A stretch of 37,982 nucleotides of DNA. Origin: a virus. Taxonomy: Duplodnaviria; Caudoviricetes. The notes beneath the pieces are model-generated. The model made no database searches. It was not told the DNA's origin and worked only from the letters and a program-made list of their open reading frames with translations. The stretch lies in the IMG/VR virus record IMGVR_UViG_3300020161_000567, positions 1 to 37,982 of that record; one strand, given 5' to 3'. Shown here piece after piece: positions 1-9,895 of this stretch; the first letter of the stretch is position 1, and each line of letters begins with the position of its first letter. Both the position numbers and the translations under genes were made by a program.

Positions 1-99
1 AACACTTGATATTCAGCCATTGGTGTCATCTCGCCATCGCATTCAGGGGTTCTTCTACCATCGCGTTATAACCCCTCTGTGCCGCGAGCATTTCAGGAC
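1..99. repeat. 99-bp terminal direct repeat, identical to 37884-37982; indicates a circular assembly
   Basis: Exact match of the first and last 99 nt; the gene junction (ejection protein stop / lysis gene start) is continuous across it. Confidence 0.95.
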
Positions 100-2128
100 T
101 ACGCATAACCGCCGCAGCGTTTTTCATAACCTGCGAGCGTTTTTCAATTGTGGATTTCATTTTGCGGCCAGCCATCATAGCTTCGCCCAATAAGACCGCC
201 ATAGCTTTTGGATCAAGGTTAGCCATAGCTATTTTAATAGCTTCTTGCTCACCTACTTTGCCTTGGAAAGCTTTAAAAACGCGCGTTGCCAATACAGCGG
301 TAAAATCTGTAATGACTTGCGGGATTCTAAAAGACGCTTCTTCACCAATCTTAGCAGCTTTTGGCCCCATCTGCCCACGCCAAGCAGCTAGATCGGCGAA
401 CTGTTCTTCGCGTTCCAAATCGCGTGCAATATTTTTAACTAGCTCTATTTGTTTAGGCTCTAAGATCTTTGATAAATCTTCGTAACGCGGAGCCGCGTCA
501 ATTGCACGCTGTATAGTTTTAGGTGCGTCTTTAGCCGCAGCTTTCACAAACGCGCGTCCGCGCTGTTCGCCTTTCATAACGCCTTCAAGTGTATCTTTAA
601 GATACGATAACACTTCAGCTTGATTTACGGGTTTACTAAGCCGCGCATATTCAGCTCTTGCGTTCGCGTATTCAGGAACATTAGAGTCAAGCCAGTTAAG
701 AAAATCTTTACGCGCTGTTCGCAGCGCACTTAGATCCATGCGGTCAATACCAAATTCGCGCGGCCCTTTTGTTATTATTTTATCCATAGCAGTCTTCATG
801 TTATGAAGATCTCGCACTGAATATTCAGCCATTGTTGCCGGTATTTCGCGTGTAACTGGGCGACCAAACTCATCTAAGATATTAGACGCGACCGTTTGCG
901 CCGCAGCAGTTTCGCCAATTTTAAAAGCTTCGCCTTTATTTTTTGCAATATCCCGCGCGACGCGAGATACATCGCTAATAAAAGGCCGAGATAATAATTC
1001 TTGCAGTGTAGCGTCTTCCGGCACTTTTATCTTTTTAGCCGCTTCATACATCGGCGCAGTTATACCTTCACGACGGGCTTTCGCTGTTTCAACGCCTTTC
1101 GGGCCTCCTGCCGCTGTCTCAAGCGCTTTTTGTCTCGCGGCTACATTTGCTTGTTCTGCCGCGCGAAATTCATCCGGCGCTTCTTTCATCGCGGACATTA
1201 CAAGCCCAGCAAAACCCGTAGATGGAACTCCCGAAGCGACAGCACCGGCAGTTGGTCGTGTCCCTGGAACGAGCTGGGCTTGAGCTGAACGCAGTGCATT
1301 AATTATCGGCGCGCCTTGATTACCAACTGCTTGTTGAAGCGCGTAATATCGAGGCGCAGCAATACGATTAGCAAACTCAGTTCCTTTAGCCATTAAAGGA
1401 ATTGCAGCGTTTTGTATGCCGCCTGCGGCTAACCGCAATGGATCAATTGCCTGCCCAAACTTTTCAAATGGATGAGCTGCTTGAGATAAACGAGGCAAAT
1501 CTATAGCTACGTTGCCTACTTGAATAGGCTGCGCTAATCCAGGCGTCTTAGCGGCTACTTTACCCGCTGCACGTAACCCGCCGCCTACACCGCTGGCGAT
1601 CATAGAAAGATCAGCCATTGTGCCTACAGGATCTGTAGCAATAGCTTCCTTCCAACCGTCTTCAGTAAAATATCGTGCGTAGTGTGCGCCTGCCGCTTCA
1701 GCGGCCTGTTTAGCTTTAGCAGCAAAATCTGGATTTTCTAGCTTAGAAAGATAAGCAAACGCGTCTGCGGGGAGCGCTTTCTCAGCTACTTTTCGCATCG
1801 CCCCATATCCTGTCAATTCCAAGCCCCTTGCGGTTTCTGGAATATTCATAGGATTAAGCATGGATGCGGTTTCAGCGCCAAATTTATACCCGCTAGAAGG
1901 AATATTTGTAACACCTTCTAGTAATGCTTCCGGCCATGTGCGACGCTGATAAGGCATAGCCTCTTCAGTCATTGGTATTGGCGGCGCGGCTTCAGTAGAT
2001 ATTGCGCCGAACTGACGCGCTAGTGCGCCGTAATCAGTTTCCGTAGGTTGTTCAGGCGCAAAAGATACTTCGCCCGCCGCACCGCCCTTAGCGCCAAATC
2101 TTTTAGCGATTGCAGCGTAATCAACCAT
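26..2128 (-). CDS. Large internal virion / DNA ejection protein (P22 gp16-like position)
   Basis: 700 aa, Ala-rich and helical; last of three consecutive ejection-like genes after the tail genes. Confidence 0.6.
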   Translation of the reverse strand: MVDYAAIAKRFGAKGGAAGEVSFAPEQPTETDYGALARQFGAISTEAAPPIPMTEEAMPYQRRTWPEALLEGVTNIPSSGYKFGAETASMLNPMNIPETARGLELTGYGAMRKVAEKALPADAFAYLSKLENPDFAAKAKQAAEAAGAHYARYFTEDGWKEAIATDPVGTMADLSMIASGVGGGLRAAGKVAAKTPGLAQPIQVGNVAIDLPRLSQAAHPFEKFGQAIDPLRLAAGGIQNAAIPLMAKGTEFANRIAAPRYYALQQAVGNQGAPIINALRSAQAQLVPGTRPTAGAVASGVPSTGFAGLVMSAMKEAPDEFRAAEQANVAARQKALETAAGGPKGVETAKARREGITAPMYEAAKKIKVPEDATLQELLSRPFISDVSRVARDIAKNKGEAFKIGETAAAQTVASNILDEFGRPVTREIPATMAEYSVRDLHNMKTAMDKIITKGPREFGIDRMDLSALRTARKDFLNWLDSNVPEYANARAEYARLSKPVNQAEVLSYLKDTLEGVMKGEQRGRAFVKAAAKDAPKTIQRAIDAAPRYEDLSKILEPKQIELVKNIARDLEREEQFADLAAWRGQMGPKAAKIGEEASFRIPQVITDFTAVLATRVFKAFQGKVGEQEAIKIAMANLDPKAMAVLLGEAMMAGRKMKSTIEKRSQVMKNAAAVMRSPEMLAAQRGYNAMVEEPLNAMAR

Positions 2129-3699
2129 TATCGTTTTCCTACTTCCATGCGCTGGATATAAGATAAAAATTCAGACGCTTGTTTGCGGTCGCTAAACGTA
2201 TGAGACGAGCCGCTAGGATCAGTTACTTTAAATCCTTCAGGTGCCTCTTCGACTCTCTGCCGCATAACATTTTCAGTTTTAATGCCTTGAGGATCATAAG
2301 GGTTTTTATAATCAACACCTAATAATCGCGTAGCGTTTCGCTTAATGCTTCGGTATGCATTCAAACGCTCGCCAATGGTCAAATTGGAGTTACCAATATC
2401 ACCGGCTTGTTTTTCAAAACGATCTGCTTCTGATGCCGCGACACCGGCGGTTGCCAATCTATTGCCCGCAAAAGCTTGCGTGAGATCGGCAGAAATACGT
2501 TTAAGATCCGTATCAGCCCGCGCAGCCGCGCTGTCTCTACCAAACTTACGAGATATATCTGTGCCTGTAGCGTTAAGAATACCGCTAGATGCGCGGCCTA
2601 ACGTAGGCTCAATAAGATCCACGCCTGTGTCGGGATTATACGCGCCAGAGGTAAGAATCTGTTGCATCACATCCTGACGACCACGTTCAGGAGATCCTAG
2701 TGGAGCGGCAGAACGAATACCAAGCATACCTGCGTTTTGAGGCGCGCCTGGGGGCGCATTCATATCTACGCGAAGCCCTTGCTTTGGCTGGCCTGGTGCA
2801 GGTGGAGGAACAGGCATTCCTGTTGTAACAGGACGTTGGCCTGGTTGCGCTGGGTAAGCTAACCAAGAGTTCCCGCTCTCGTCGCTTTGCAGAACTGCGC
2901 CAGGGGCGGCTGGATAAGGTTGAGTCTGAATACGCCCGCCCGTAGCAAGTCCTTCAGTACCAAGAACAGCTTTACCACCTTTTTCAGGTGCGTATTTAGG
3001 TATAGCAACTTTTTCTTTAAGTCCTGTTGCAGGATTAACGCGGTCTACATATTCGTATTGACCTTCTCTTTCAAAACGACGCTTTTGTTCTTCTTCGGCT
3101 TGTTTACGAAGTGAATCAGCGGTGTTAAGAAATTTAGAAATTTGTTTTTGATTATACGTCTCACCTAAATGACTTCCAATTGTAGAATCGTATTTATTTA
3201 CTTCTTCTTTTAGATCGGCATAGTTATCTGCGTCCATTCTAGACATTATGTCTTGAGCGGCTCCAGTTCTTTTAATTATTAAATCTAACCCCGCAGCATC
3301 AGCTTCAGCTAATGCTTTTTTACCTAATCGTTGTTCTTTGACGCCTTGAAATTGTTTTTCAGCAATTTCATATGGCAATAGTTTTTCTTTAGCGGCCAAC
3401 ATACCGCGCTGATATTCAGCCGATGCCCTATGCATTCTAGCTTGTTCTTGAGCGCTCATAACGCTCAAAGACTCTGGGAGATACCCAGATCTAGCAAGCG
3501 CATTAATAGTTTCAGGTGAATTAATATCCGCACCGCCTAATAAACTAACCAATTGATTCTGACGCTCTAATTCGCGCTGTTGAACCTGTTGCTGTTGAGC
3601 GCGAGCGCCCATCATCTGGTATTGCGCCAGCATATTTGCAAAATCAGGAGCTGCGGTAGCCTGTGCGCCGCGAGCGGCTATTGTGTAATCAACTGGCAT
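2128..3699 (-). CDS. Internal virion / DNA ejection protein (gp20-like position)
   Basis: 523 aa, Gln/Ala-rich coiled-coil N-terminus with a Pro-rich linker; synteny. Confidence 0.6.
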   Translation of the reverse strand: MPVDYTIAARGAQATAAPDFANMLAQYQMMGARAQQQQVQQRELERQNQLVSLLGGADINSPETINALARSGYLPESLSVMSAQEQARMHRASAEYQRGMLAAKEKLLPYEIAEKQFQGVKEQRLGKKALAEADAAGLDLIIKRTGAAQDIMSRMDADNYADLKEEVNKYDSTIGSHLGETYNQKQISKFLNTADSLRKQAEEEQKRRFEREGQYEYVDRVNPATGLKEKVAIPKYAPEKGGKAVLGTEGLATGGRIQTQPYPAAPGAVLQSDESGNSWLAYPAQPGQRPVTTGMPVPPPAPGQPKQGLRVDMNAPPGAPQNAGMLGIRSAAPLGSPERGRQDVMQQILTSGAYNPDTGVDLIEPTLGRASSGILNATGTDISRKFGRDSAAARADTDLKRISADLTQAFAGNRLATAGVAASEADRFEKQAGDIGNSNLTIGERLNAYRSIKRNATRLLGVDYKNPYDPQGIKTENVMRQRVEEAPEGFKVTDPSGSSHTFSDRKQASEFLSYIQRMEVGKR

Positions 3700-3709
3700 T
3701 TATGTCGTC

Positions 3710-4708
3710 CTAATAATTTAATTCATACCCGCCATTTGGCCCAAGATAATTCGCCGCTGTCGCACCGCCCGCAGGAGCATAAGTGTTTTGCGGATACATA
3801 CGGCCCATCATACTATACGCCAGCGCATTACCCACACCGCTGTTTAATGCATTACCAAGAGCCGTAGCGCCGCCGACATACCCAGAAGCTCTAGCCTGTC
3901 CGACATTCTCCATCGCCTGCCCGTATGGGTTAGCTGATGTAAGCGCCGCCATCGTGGGGATCGCGCCTGTGTATGCGCCTGCAACGGTCGAACCAGCGTT
4001 AGACGCCATCGTGCCGAGGTTAGAGCCAAGATTAAACTGGTTGCCCGCTAGAGCGTTACCCATGCTACCGGCGAGTTGTGACGCCGTTCCCGCAGCGTTT
4101 GCGCCCGTGCCTGCAAGATTCTGAAGACCTTGTGTCGCCGCTGCGCGGTTAGCCATAAAGCGGTTATAGGCGTTAGTGTATTCTTGACTGCCAGCCTCTT
4201 GGCCGTAGCGCGTAGCCGCTTTTAACGCTCCGCCAGATCCAGCTAAACCGCCAGCTCTCGCAGCGTTAGTCATCGCTTGCTGGCCTTGCTGGAACCTGAA
4301 CGCATAGCCAGGATCCATCTGAAGCTGTTCATAGGTAGGCTGTTGCGTATACGCGCCACCTTGACCAAAAAGCTGCGCGAGCTGATTTGTAGCTCCAGCG
4401 CCTGCGCCCATGTATGGCTCTTGGAAGCCTACGCCTTGACCGTAGAACTCACGCGCCGTCTCTGCGCCTGTGCGACCTTGAGCTAATAGATCCTCACGAC
4501 CCTTGCCATAAAACTCACGCCCAGCCGCAGCGCCTTGTTCCGCCATACGCCGAGCTTCGTCGCGCGCTTGTTGCTGCGCTATTAGCCCAAGCATACCCGA
4601 TTGCTGCGCCGCATTAGCTTGCGTGTTCGCAGCGTTTTTAGAGCCTAGATAGCTTAGACCGCCTGATAAAGCGGAGCCACCTAAAAGGGCTAGTGTGAAC
4701 GGTTCCAT
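3710..4708 (-). CDS. DNA ejection / pilot protein (P22 gp7-like)
   Basis: 332 aa Gly/Ala/Gln-rich; hydrophobic N-terminus; DPGYAFRFQQG and SGGALKA motifs typical of gp7-like proteins. Confidence 0.75.
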   Translation of the reverse strand: MEPFTLALLGGSALSGGLSYLGSKNAANTQANAAQQSGMLGLIAQQQARDEARRMAEQGAAAGREFYGKGREDLLAQGRTGAETAREFYGQGVGFQEPYMGAGAGATNQLAQLFGQGGAYTQQPTYEQLQMDPGYAFRFQQGQQAMTNAARAGGLAGSGGALKAATRYGQEAGSQEYTNAYNRFMANRAAATQGLQNLAGTGANAAGTASQLAGSMGNALAGNQFNLGSNLGTMASNAGSTVAGAYTGAIPTMAALTSANPYGQAMENVGQARASGYVGGATALGNALNSGVGNALAYSMMGRMYPQNTYAPAGGATAANYLGPNGGYELNY

Positions 4709-4725
4709 AATGCCTCACTATAATA

Positions 4726-5919
4726 CTAGGTCTTGATGATGTATAGCACGCCATAGTTCTTTGGCTTTGTTTCCGTGCCGCCGGTCGTGGACGTGTCGAC
4801 TGTAATGCCAGTGGTATTTGATCCAGTGTTGTTTGTTGCAGTTTTAAATTGTGAGCCGCCAGCTATGCCTGATGGGTTTGCTTCGGTAAATGAATATGTA
4901 TGTGTATGACCTGGATCTGTGATAGCGTGGCTGTGATTTAGATATGTATCCGCAGCATAAGCGCCGACTGACGGGCCTACCGCGCCACTAGACGATCCAG
5001 TTGCGTTAGTGCCTGTGCCACGAACAAACATACCGCGAAGATCTGGCAATCTAAAATTACCTGCGCCCTCGCCGCCTATGTCCCAAGTAGTTCCAATAGC
5101 TGCAAAAAGCGTCGCGTATGTGGTCTGTGATACCGCTTGACCTTCACAAGCCAACCAACTTGTAGGCGCTGCGGTTCCGGCGTAAGGCATAATACACCCC
5201 GCCGGAAGAACTTGATCGACATAAGATTTAGTCGCTGCCTGAAGCGCTGTCGTAGGCAAAGTAGGTAATACAATTGGCACAGTTGACGTGGCGTCAGTCG
5301 CATTGATCGTCAGCCGTGTGGCTGAGTTTGTCTTGACCGTAAAGTTACGCGCGTCACTAGCCGCAAAAATAGAATCAGTAGCGTCAGCCGATATGATCGT
5401 TCGCGCCGTGCCGCCAGACGTTGAAATCTGAATAGCGCCGCCAGCCACGTCGATAGCATTAGCAGGTGTTGCGGTGCCGATACCGACCTGACCTGACGTG
5501 TCAACGACGAAAGGTGAAGAGTCAGGATCGGCAGAGTCTTGCACGCGAATAGCTGCGCCTGCGCCCGTCTGAGTAACGAGCAATGCAGGGCCAGAAGTGT
5601 TAGCCGAGATCGTGACGTTACTCGAGAAGACTGGCGACAGAGCCGTCGAAGGCGCGGCGATATTATCAACCGTCCAGATCTCAGTGCCATTAGAGTCAGT
5701 TAGCTTGAACTTATAGTTGGCCGATGACAGCCAGATATTAGCTTCGCCGCGAGAGTCGAGAACAACCGGATTACTGTTAGCCGTCGCTGCGGTCGAGTCC
5801 GTATAGGTCGCCTGCGGCGTGGTCGTGCCAGCTTCGTATGTATAAAGAAAGCCGCCAGCAAGCGGTATGCCTGCGGCGTCAATAAACTGAGCTTTGGCTG
5901 TGGGAGTTACAACGGCCAT
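4726..5919 (-). CDS. Tail fibre with N-terminal virion-attachment domain and C-terminal phage tail collar domain
   Basis: N-terminal GIPLAGGFLYTYEAGTTTP...NPVVLDSRG; collar motif PAGCIMPYAG...WLACEGQ...YATLFAAIG...FRLPDLRGMFVRG. Confidence 0.85.
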   Translation of the reverse strand: MAVVTPTAKAQFIDAAGIPLAGGFLYTYEAGTTTPQATYTDSTAATANSNPVVLDSRGEANIWLSSANYKFKLTDSNGTEIWTVDNIAAPSTALSPVFSSNVTISANTSGPALLVTQTGAGAAIRVQDSADPDSSPFVVDTSGQVGIGTATPANAIDVAGGAIQISTSGGTARTIISADATDSIFAASDARNFTVKTNSATRLTINATDATSTVPIVLPTLPTTALQAATKSYVDQVLPAGCIMPYAGTAAPTSWLACEGQAVSQTTYATLFAAIGTTWDIGGEGAGNFRLPDLRGMFVRGTGTNATGSSSGAVGPSVGAYAADTYLNHSHAITDPGHTHTYSFTEANPSGIAGGSQFKTATNNTGSNTTGITVDTSTTGGTETKPKNYGVLYIIKT

Positions 5920-6531
5920 TTATACACCTACACAACTTGTTACGGTCAGGATGACCGATGGAATAGCGGGAACTGGACTAGACGCGGCAACATACGGAAT
6001 TGAGACGTTAATATTGCTCGTTGAATATATTAACTCAAAATAATCACCCGTCTGAAGGTTTAGCACAAAATTCCATGCGGCGACAATCGCGTCGTTAGAT
6101 CCGCCCGTTAAAGTCACTTCTGTCGCCGAATCATCTACATTGACGCCATTTATTCGAGGCCAGATATAAACGCGCTTAGTGTTGCCTGCGGTATTATGGA
6201 GTTGCGCTGAAAACTGAAAATTATATGTGGCTGTATTGTCTACATAAATACGCGAAGTATTAGTGGAATCAACGTAAACGCCATAAACTAGATCAGACCC
6301 ATCCGCGCGGGTGTAAGTGTTATTATACGTAATTGCGTATGCTGTGTTGATTACCGCAGGAACAAAAGTTGTCGTGCTATAAAACGACCCGTATCGTCGC
6401 CCAGCTTCAAGAGCTTTATAAGTATTAAAGAACCAACGATACCAAGGTCGATTAACAAACCCCGTAGAATCGTCATTCATTTTGACGCGGGCCGCAGGGA
6501 TCTGCGTGTTATTGTCAATATAATTAGGCAT
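5920..6531 (-). CDS. Tail-associated structural protein (needle/adaptor position)
   Basis: 203 aa directly after the gp10-like gene; NRPWYRWF N-terminal motif and beta-rich C-terminal domain. Confidence 0.55.
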   Translation of the reverse strand: MPNYIDNNTQIPAARVKMNDDSTGFVNRPWYRWFFNTYKALEAGRRYGSFYSTTTFVPAVINTAYAITYNNTYTRADGSDLVYGVYVDSTNTSRIYVDNTATYNFQFSAQLHNTAGNTKRVYIWPRINGVNVDDSATEVTLTGGSNDAIVAAWNFVLNLQTGDYFELIYSTSNINVSIPYVAASSPVPAIPSVILTVTSCVGV

Positions 6532-8509
6532 TGGTCGGACTCGCGTGCAACTCAGCGCCCATAATCGCTATTTGCACAGGATCCGTGCCGGAGATCTCAT
6601 AAACTCTATCGCGGAGCTTCAGCGTCATACCAAGCCGACGCCAGATCGTGCGGTATCCTGTCTGGCCGATCTGACCCATAGACTTCCAGTGTTCATTCGA
6701 CCAAGTATGCCCGCCATCGTCAGACCATCGCAACATGACCTGCGGATCAGCGCCAATGGTGATGTTGTATTGAGCGTAGTCGCGTATCAGTAAGGGAGAT
6801 CCAGCGCGGTCAAGAATAAAATCGTGTGCGCGATCATAAATATAAATAATATCATTGACTTCCGCCTGACTATACCCTGAAAGACCTACACCTGCTTGAC
6901 AATCAAGTTGAAGACTATGCTGCGTTGAACGGTTTAGATTGTTCTCGCCGGTAGGCAGAGCGCGCCATGAGCGTAGCCATTTTTGCGTTGTGCCAGCTTC
7001 AGAATATACAGTCGGGTCATAGGCAAAGATCTCGCCTGTGCGGTAGTCGCCGATGACGATTTCATTGTTAAAGTTCATCTGACAGTTACCGCGAGTGCGG
7101 GTAAAACTATTGTTTTCCCACCCAGCGCGCTCATGCCATGCGCCGGTCGCCACGTCATAGACCCATGTTGTGTCGGCGTTCGGAAAATTCAGAACGTAAA
7201 AGCTATGGCCGTCCTGTTGGTATGTATATCCGACAGCATCCGAAAGCGTAGCGTATTGCTGGATCTGCCATTCAACGGCGTGAGTCGAGACGCGCTCGCC
7301 GGAATAACCTTTAGAGCGGTAGACGATACCATTACCGCGCGCGTCAGCGCCGAGCCAGAACAAGCCATTGTCGAGCTTGGCGACTGAGTAGGCCGCAAGA
7401 CAACCGATTTCGTTAAACGCGCCTTGGATGCGCGCCATAGGAAAGTCAGGCAGACCCGCGTCATACCAGACTTCAACGGAGTTTTGCCCGAACAGCCAGA
7501 TTTCGCGGTGATCGACGATCAGCGTGACAAGGTTATCTGGCGAACCTTCCGCGCTGGCAAAGTAGAGTGGATCGACTGTTGTAGCTGTAGAATCCAAAAC
7601 CCAAAAAATTTGAGTGTCTGGTTGGTTATACACAAACCAACCGTCAAGAAAGCCACAGCCGACAGCGCCTGCAAAGGGCGATGTTAGTGTCGTTAGGAAA
7701 GGCGTAAACGTCAGCGTGGTGCCGGTATTGGTAGCAGTAGCCGCTGCCGATATGATAGCAAAAGGTGAAAATGTTAGTGTGACGCCAGTATTGGTGGCGG
7801 TAGCAGCCGCAGATAGCACAAACGTCGTGGTATTAGTTATGCTGGCAACTTTTGCGCCTGTGGGTATGCCGGTGCCTGACACAGGCTGACCAACATGAAT
7901 ATTAGTTGTGCTACCGCCCGATACGGTCGTGCTTGCGTTAGTCGTATTAAACGTAGCTGTAGTTGTATCATAAACTACACTAGAGACGGTCGTGCTTATG
8001 GGGATACCTGTGCCTGACACAGGCTGATTAGGATAAACGTAGGTTACATCCCCGTTCCATATAGTCGTGCTTGCGTTCGTCGTATTAAAAGGTAGTTCTT
8101 TATATGTGCTATTGTAAATATATCCGTTTGCGCCTGCGGCGATAAACATCTGCCGACCGTTGTCGGTCATCGTTACTATGTCAGTCCCTGCCGCAATAGT
8201 GCCAAGCGTTGTATAATTCCAATCAGAATCAATACGGTAAAGCGTCGTGGCCGATACAACATAGCCATAAGCTGTTGTAGCTGATTCGCCAGGAGCTGGA
8301 TCTATGGTGTCGCTTGTGAACGTCCACAACCCACGAACCGGCCCTGCGCCTAACGTCTGAAGAAACCGCAGCCCAGGCGCTCGTTGAAGCCAAGCGGCCT
8401 GTTTACCGCCTTCTGGTATCACTTCAGGATAAAGATTAATCATTCTGTTATCCGCAGCGTTAGGGCTGCGGGTAACATAACTAGAGCCGAGGATGGGCGT
8501 AGCGACCAT
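6524..8509 (-). CDS. Packaged-DNA stabilisation / tail hub protein (P22 gp10-like) with an internal repeat insertion
   Basis: 661 aa; motifs INLYPE, SAEGSPD, WVYDVATGAWHER, LRWSDDGGHTWS, RDRVYEISGTDPV. Confidence 0.85.
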   Translation of the reverse strand: MVATPILGSSYVTRSPNAADNRMINLYPEVIPEGGKQAAWLQRAPGLRFLQTLGAGPVRGLWTFTSDTIDPAPGESATTAYGYVVSATTLYRIDSDWNYTTLGTIAAGTDIVTMTDNGRQMFIAAGANGYIYNSTYKELPFNTTNASTTIWNGDVTYVYPNQPVSGTGIPISTTVSSVVYDTTTATFNTTNASTTVSGGSTTNIHVGQPVSGTGIPTGAKVASITNTTTFVLSAAATATNTGVTLTFSPFAIISAAATATNTGTTLTFTPFLTTLTSPFAGAVGCGFLDGWFVYNQPDTQIFWVLDSTATTVDPLYFASAEGSPDNLVTLIVDHREIWLFGQNSVEVWYDAGLPDFPMARIQGAFNEIGCLAAYSVAKLDNGLFWLGADARGNGIVYRSKGYSGERVSTHAVEWQIQQYATLSDAVGYTYQQDGHSFYVLNFPNADTTWVYDVATGAWHERAGWENNSFTRTRGNCQMNFNNEIVIGDYRTGEIFAYDPTVYSEAGTTQKWLRSWRALPTGENNLNRSTQHSLQLDCQAGVGLSGYSQAEVNDIIYIYDRAHDFILDRAGSPLLIRDYAQYNITIGADPQVMLRWSDDGGHTWSNEHWKSMGQIGQTGYRTIWRRLGMTLKLRDRVYEISGTDPVQIAIMGAELHASPTNA

Positions 8510-9225
8510 CAGTAATTGCCCGCGTAAATATTAAAGCGCTGACGATTTCCAACAATGCTGTAAGGCAGAGCCATGATGTCGTCAGGGTTATTGATGCGCT
8601 TCAGGTTGCGCTTGCTATACATAGCGATACGGCTAACCGTCGGCGATGGTTCAATACCAAACTCAGGCGCTAACTCACAGGCTAGATTGTAACGGAAAGC
8701 GCGCAGGTATCCTGGAGGGAAAAGGATCGTCGTCGCCAGCGTCGCAGGCTGCGTGAGCTTTTCGACCGAAATGAAATGCCATTCCAAGAGCCGCAACGGC
8801 ACTGGATAGATGACCATCTCGATATTTGGATAGGTCATGTTGGTGAACATGACCTGTGGATAAGTAGACGTTACCGTTTTAACGGCGATGCCATTATATT
8901 GCTGTTGATTGACGAACTTGATCCCGTAAGACACGTTGGTCTGTGGATCGCGGAAGTATGTGGAGTCGTCCAGCAACACGGGGCGCTCGCCCACAAAGTC
9001 GCCGGTCGGGCCTAATGATCGTTCGCGCTCGCCTGACGGCCAGTTAAACACTTGATCCTGAGTTGAGAACACCGACAGTCGTTCGGTGTCCCAACTATCA
9101 ATCATTTGCCGTAATGCTAAAAGCGCGTCATTCGCTGTCTCTGACGAGGGCGTTTCGCCTTCGGCTAACATTCCTAGGAGCCTCAACGCGCCCACTATCT
9201 GGTCGTAGCAACTGTATGTCGTCAT
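8509..9225 (-). CDS. Head completion / tail accessory factor (P22 gp4-like)
   Basis: 238 aa; ALRLLGMLAEGETPS and YNLACELAPEFG motifs; lies between head and gp10-like genes. Confidence 0.8.
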   Translation of the reverse strand: MTTYSCYDQIVGALRLLGMLAEGETPSSETANDALLALRQMIDSWDTERLSVFSTQDQVFNWPSGERERSLGPTGDFVGERPVLLDDSTYFRDPQTNVSYGIKFVNQQQYNGIAVKTVTSTYPQVMFTNMTYPNIEMVIYPVPLRLLEWHFISVEKLTQPATLATTILFPPGYLRAFRYNLACELAPEFGIEPSPTVSRIAMYSKRNLKRINNPDDIMALPYSIVGNRQRFNIYAGNY

Positions 9226-9331
9226 CTGGGTCGAACCTTATCCAGCCGTTCTCTTCGTCGGCTTCGGCCTCTAGGTCGAGACACGCCACTTTAACCCCAT
9301 GTTCGGGGTGTTTCAAATAAATAACAGCCAT
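9128..9331 (-). CDS. Small hypothetical head-region protein
   Basis: 67 aa; AG-rich RBS (AGAAAG) upstream; overlaps the gp4-like start by 98 nt. Confidence 0.6.
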   Translation of the reverse strand: MAVIYLKHPEHGVKVACLDLEAEADEENGWIRFDPDDDIQLLRPDSGRVEAPRNVSRRRNALVRDSE

Positions 9332-9344
9332 GTGTTACTTTCTA

Positions 9345-9371
9345 TAAAAATACAGCGGCCCATAGGCCGCT
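9345..9371 (-). terminator. Intrinsic terminator-like hairpin
   Basis: AGCGGCC-4 nt-GGCCGCT stem followed on the minus strand by GTATTTTT. Confidence 0.6.
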
Positions 9372-9378
9372 ATATGTA

Positions 9379-9849
9379 TTAAGAAGCAAGCAGCGGAACC
9401 GAATACCAAGTCGTTGCATCGTAAGCGATGAGCAACGAAGAAGTATTGGCCGCAAGCACATAGTTGGAATCAACCGCAATAGCGTTGATGCCGTCGCCCG
9501 TAGTAGGCCATACTTTCAAAACAGCGTTAGCGCCATTTTTAATGATGACCGTGCGCCCTGCGATAGCCGCTGGAAGTTTAACGCCTTTAGTAGCGTCAGC
9601 CGCTGACACAAGCGTAAGCCCGTCTGATATTTGTGCTGCGTTGGCTTGTGTTGAGCCAGTCGCAGCTACTGTAGCTGTCCTTAAATAAAGACCGCCAGTC
9701 GTGGTTATGTCGCTTGCGCTGACCGACGTGGCGCTAACTGATGTAGCACTAGAAATGGTGCCGCCACTGATCGTTGCGCCCGTAATGGTTGTGCCAGCTA
9801 CGAGTTCAGGATCAGAAAAAGCAACACCAACTGGTTTGGTGTTTGGCAT
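9379..9849 (-). CDS. Putative capsid decoration / minor head protein
   Basis: 156 aa, Thr/Ala/Ser-rich; second gene downstream of the coat gene. Confidence 0.55.
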   Translation of the reverse strand: MPNTKPVGVAFSDPELVAGTTITGATISGGTISSATSVSATSVSASDITTTGGLYLRTATVAATGSTQANAAQISDGLTLVSAADATKGVKLPAAIAGRTVIIKNGANAVLKVWPTTGDGINAIAVDSNYVLAANTSSLLIAYDATTWYSVPLLAS

Positions 9850-9862
9850 GAAATTGTCCTCT

Positions 9863-9890
9863 AAAGAGAGAAGAGTGGGCTTGCGCCCAC
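9863..9890 (-). terminator. Intrinsic terminator-like hairpin with GCAA tetraloop
   Basis: GTGGGC-GCAA-GCCCAC followed by TCTTCTCTCTTT on the minus strand. Confidence 0.6.
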
Positions 9891-9895
9891 CCTAG

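Noticed and set aside
1-99. Biological terminal repeat
   Set aside because: 99 bp matches a common assembler k-mer and falls mid-operon, so it is better explained as circular overlap
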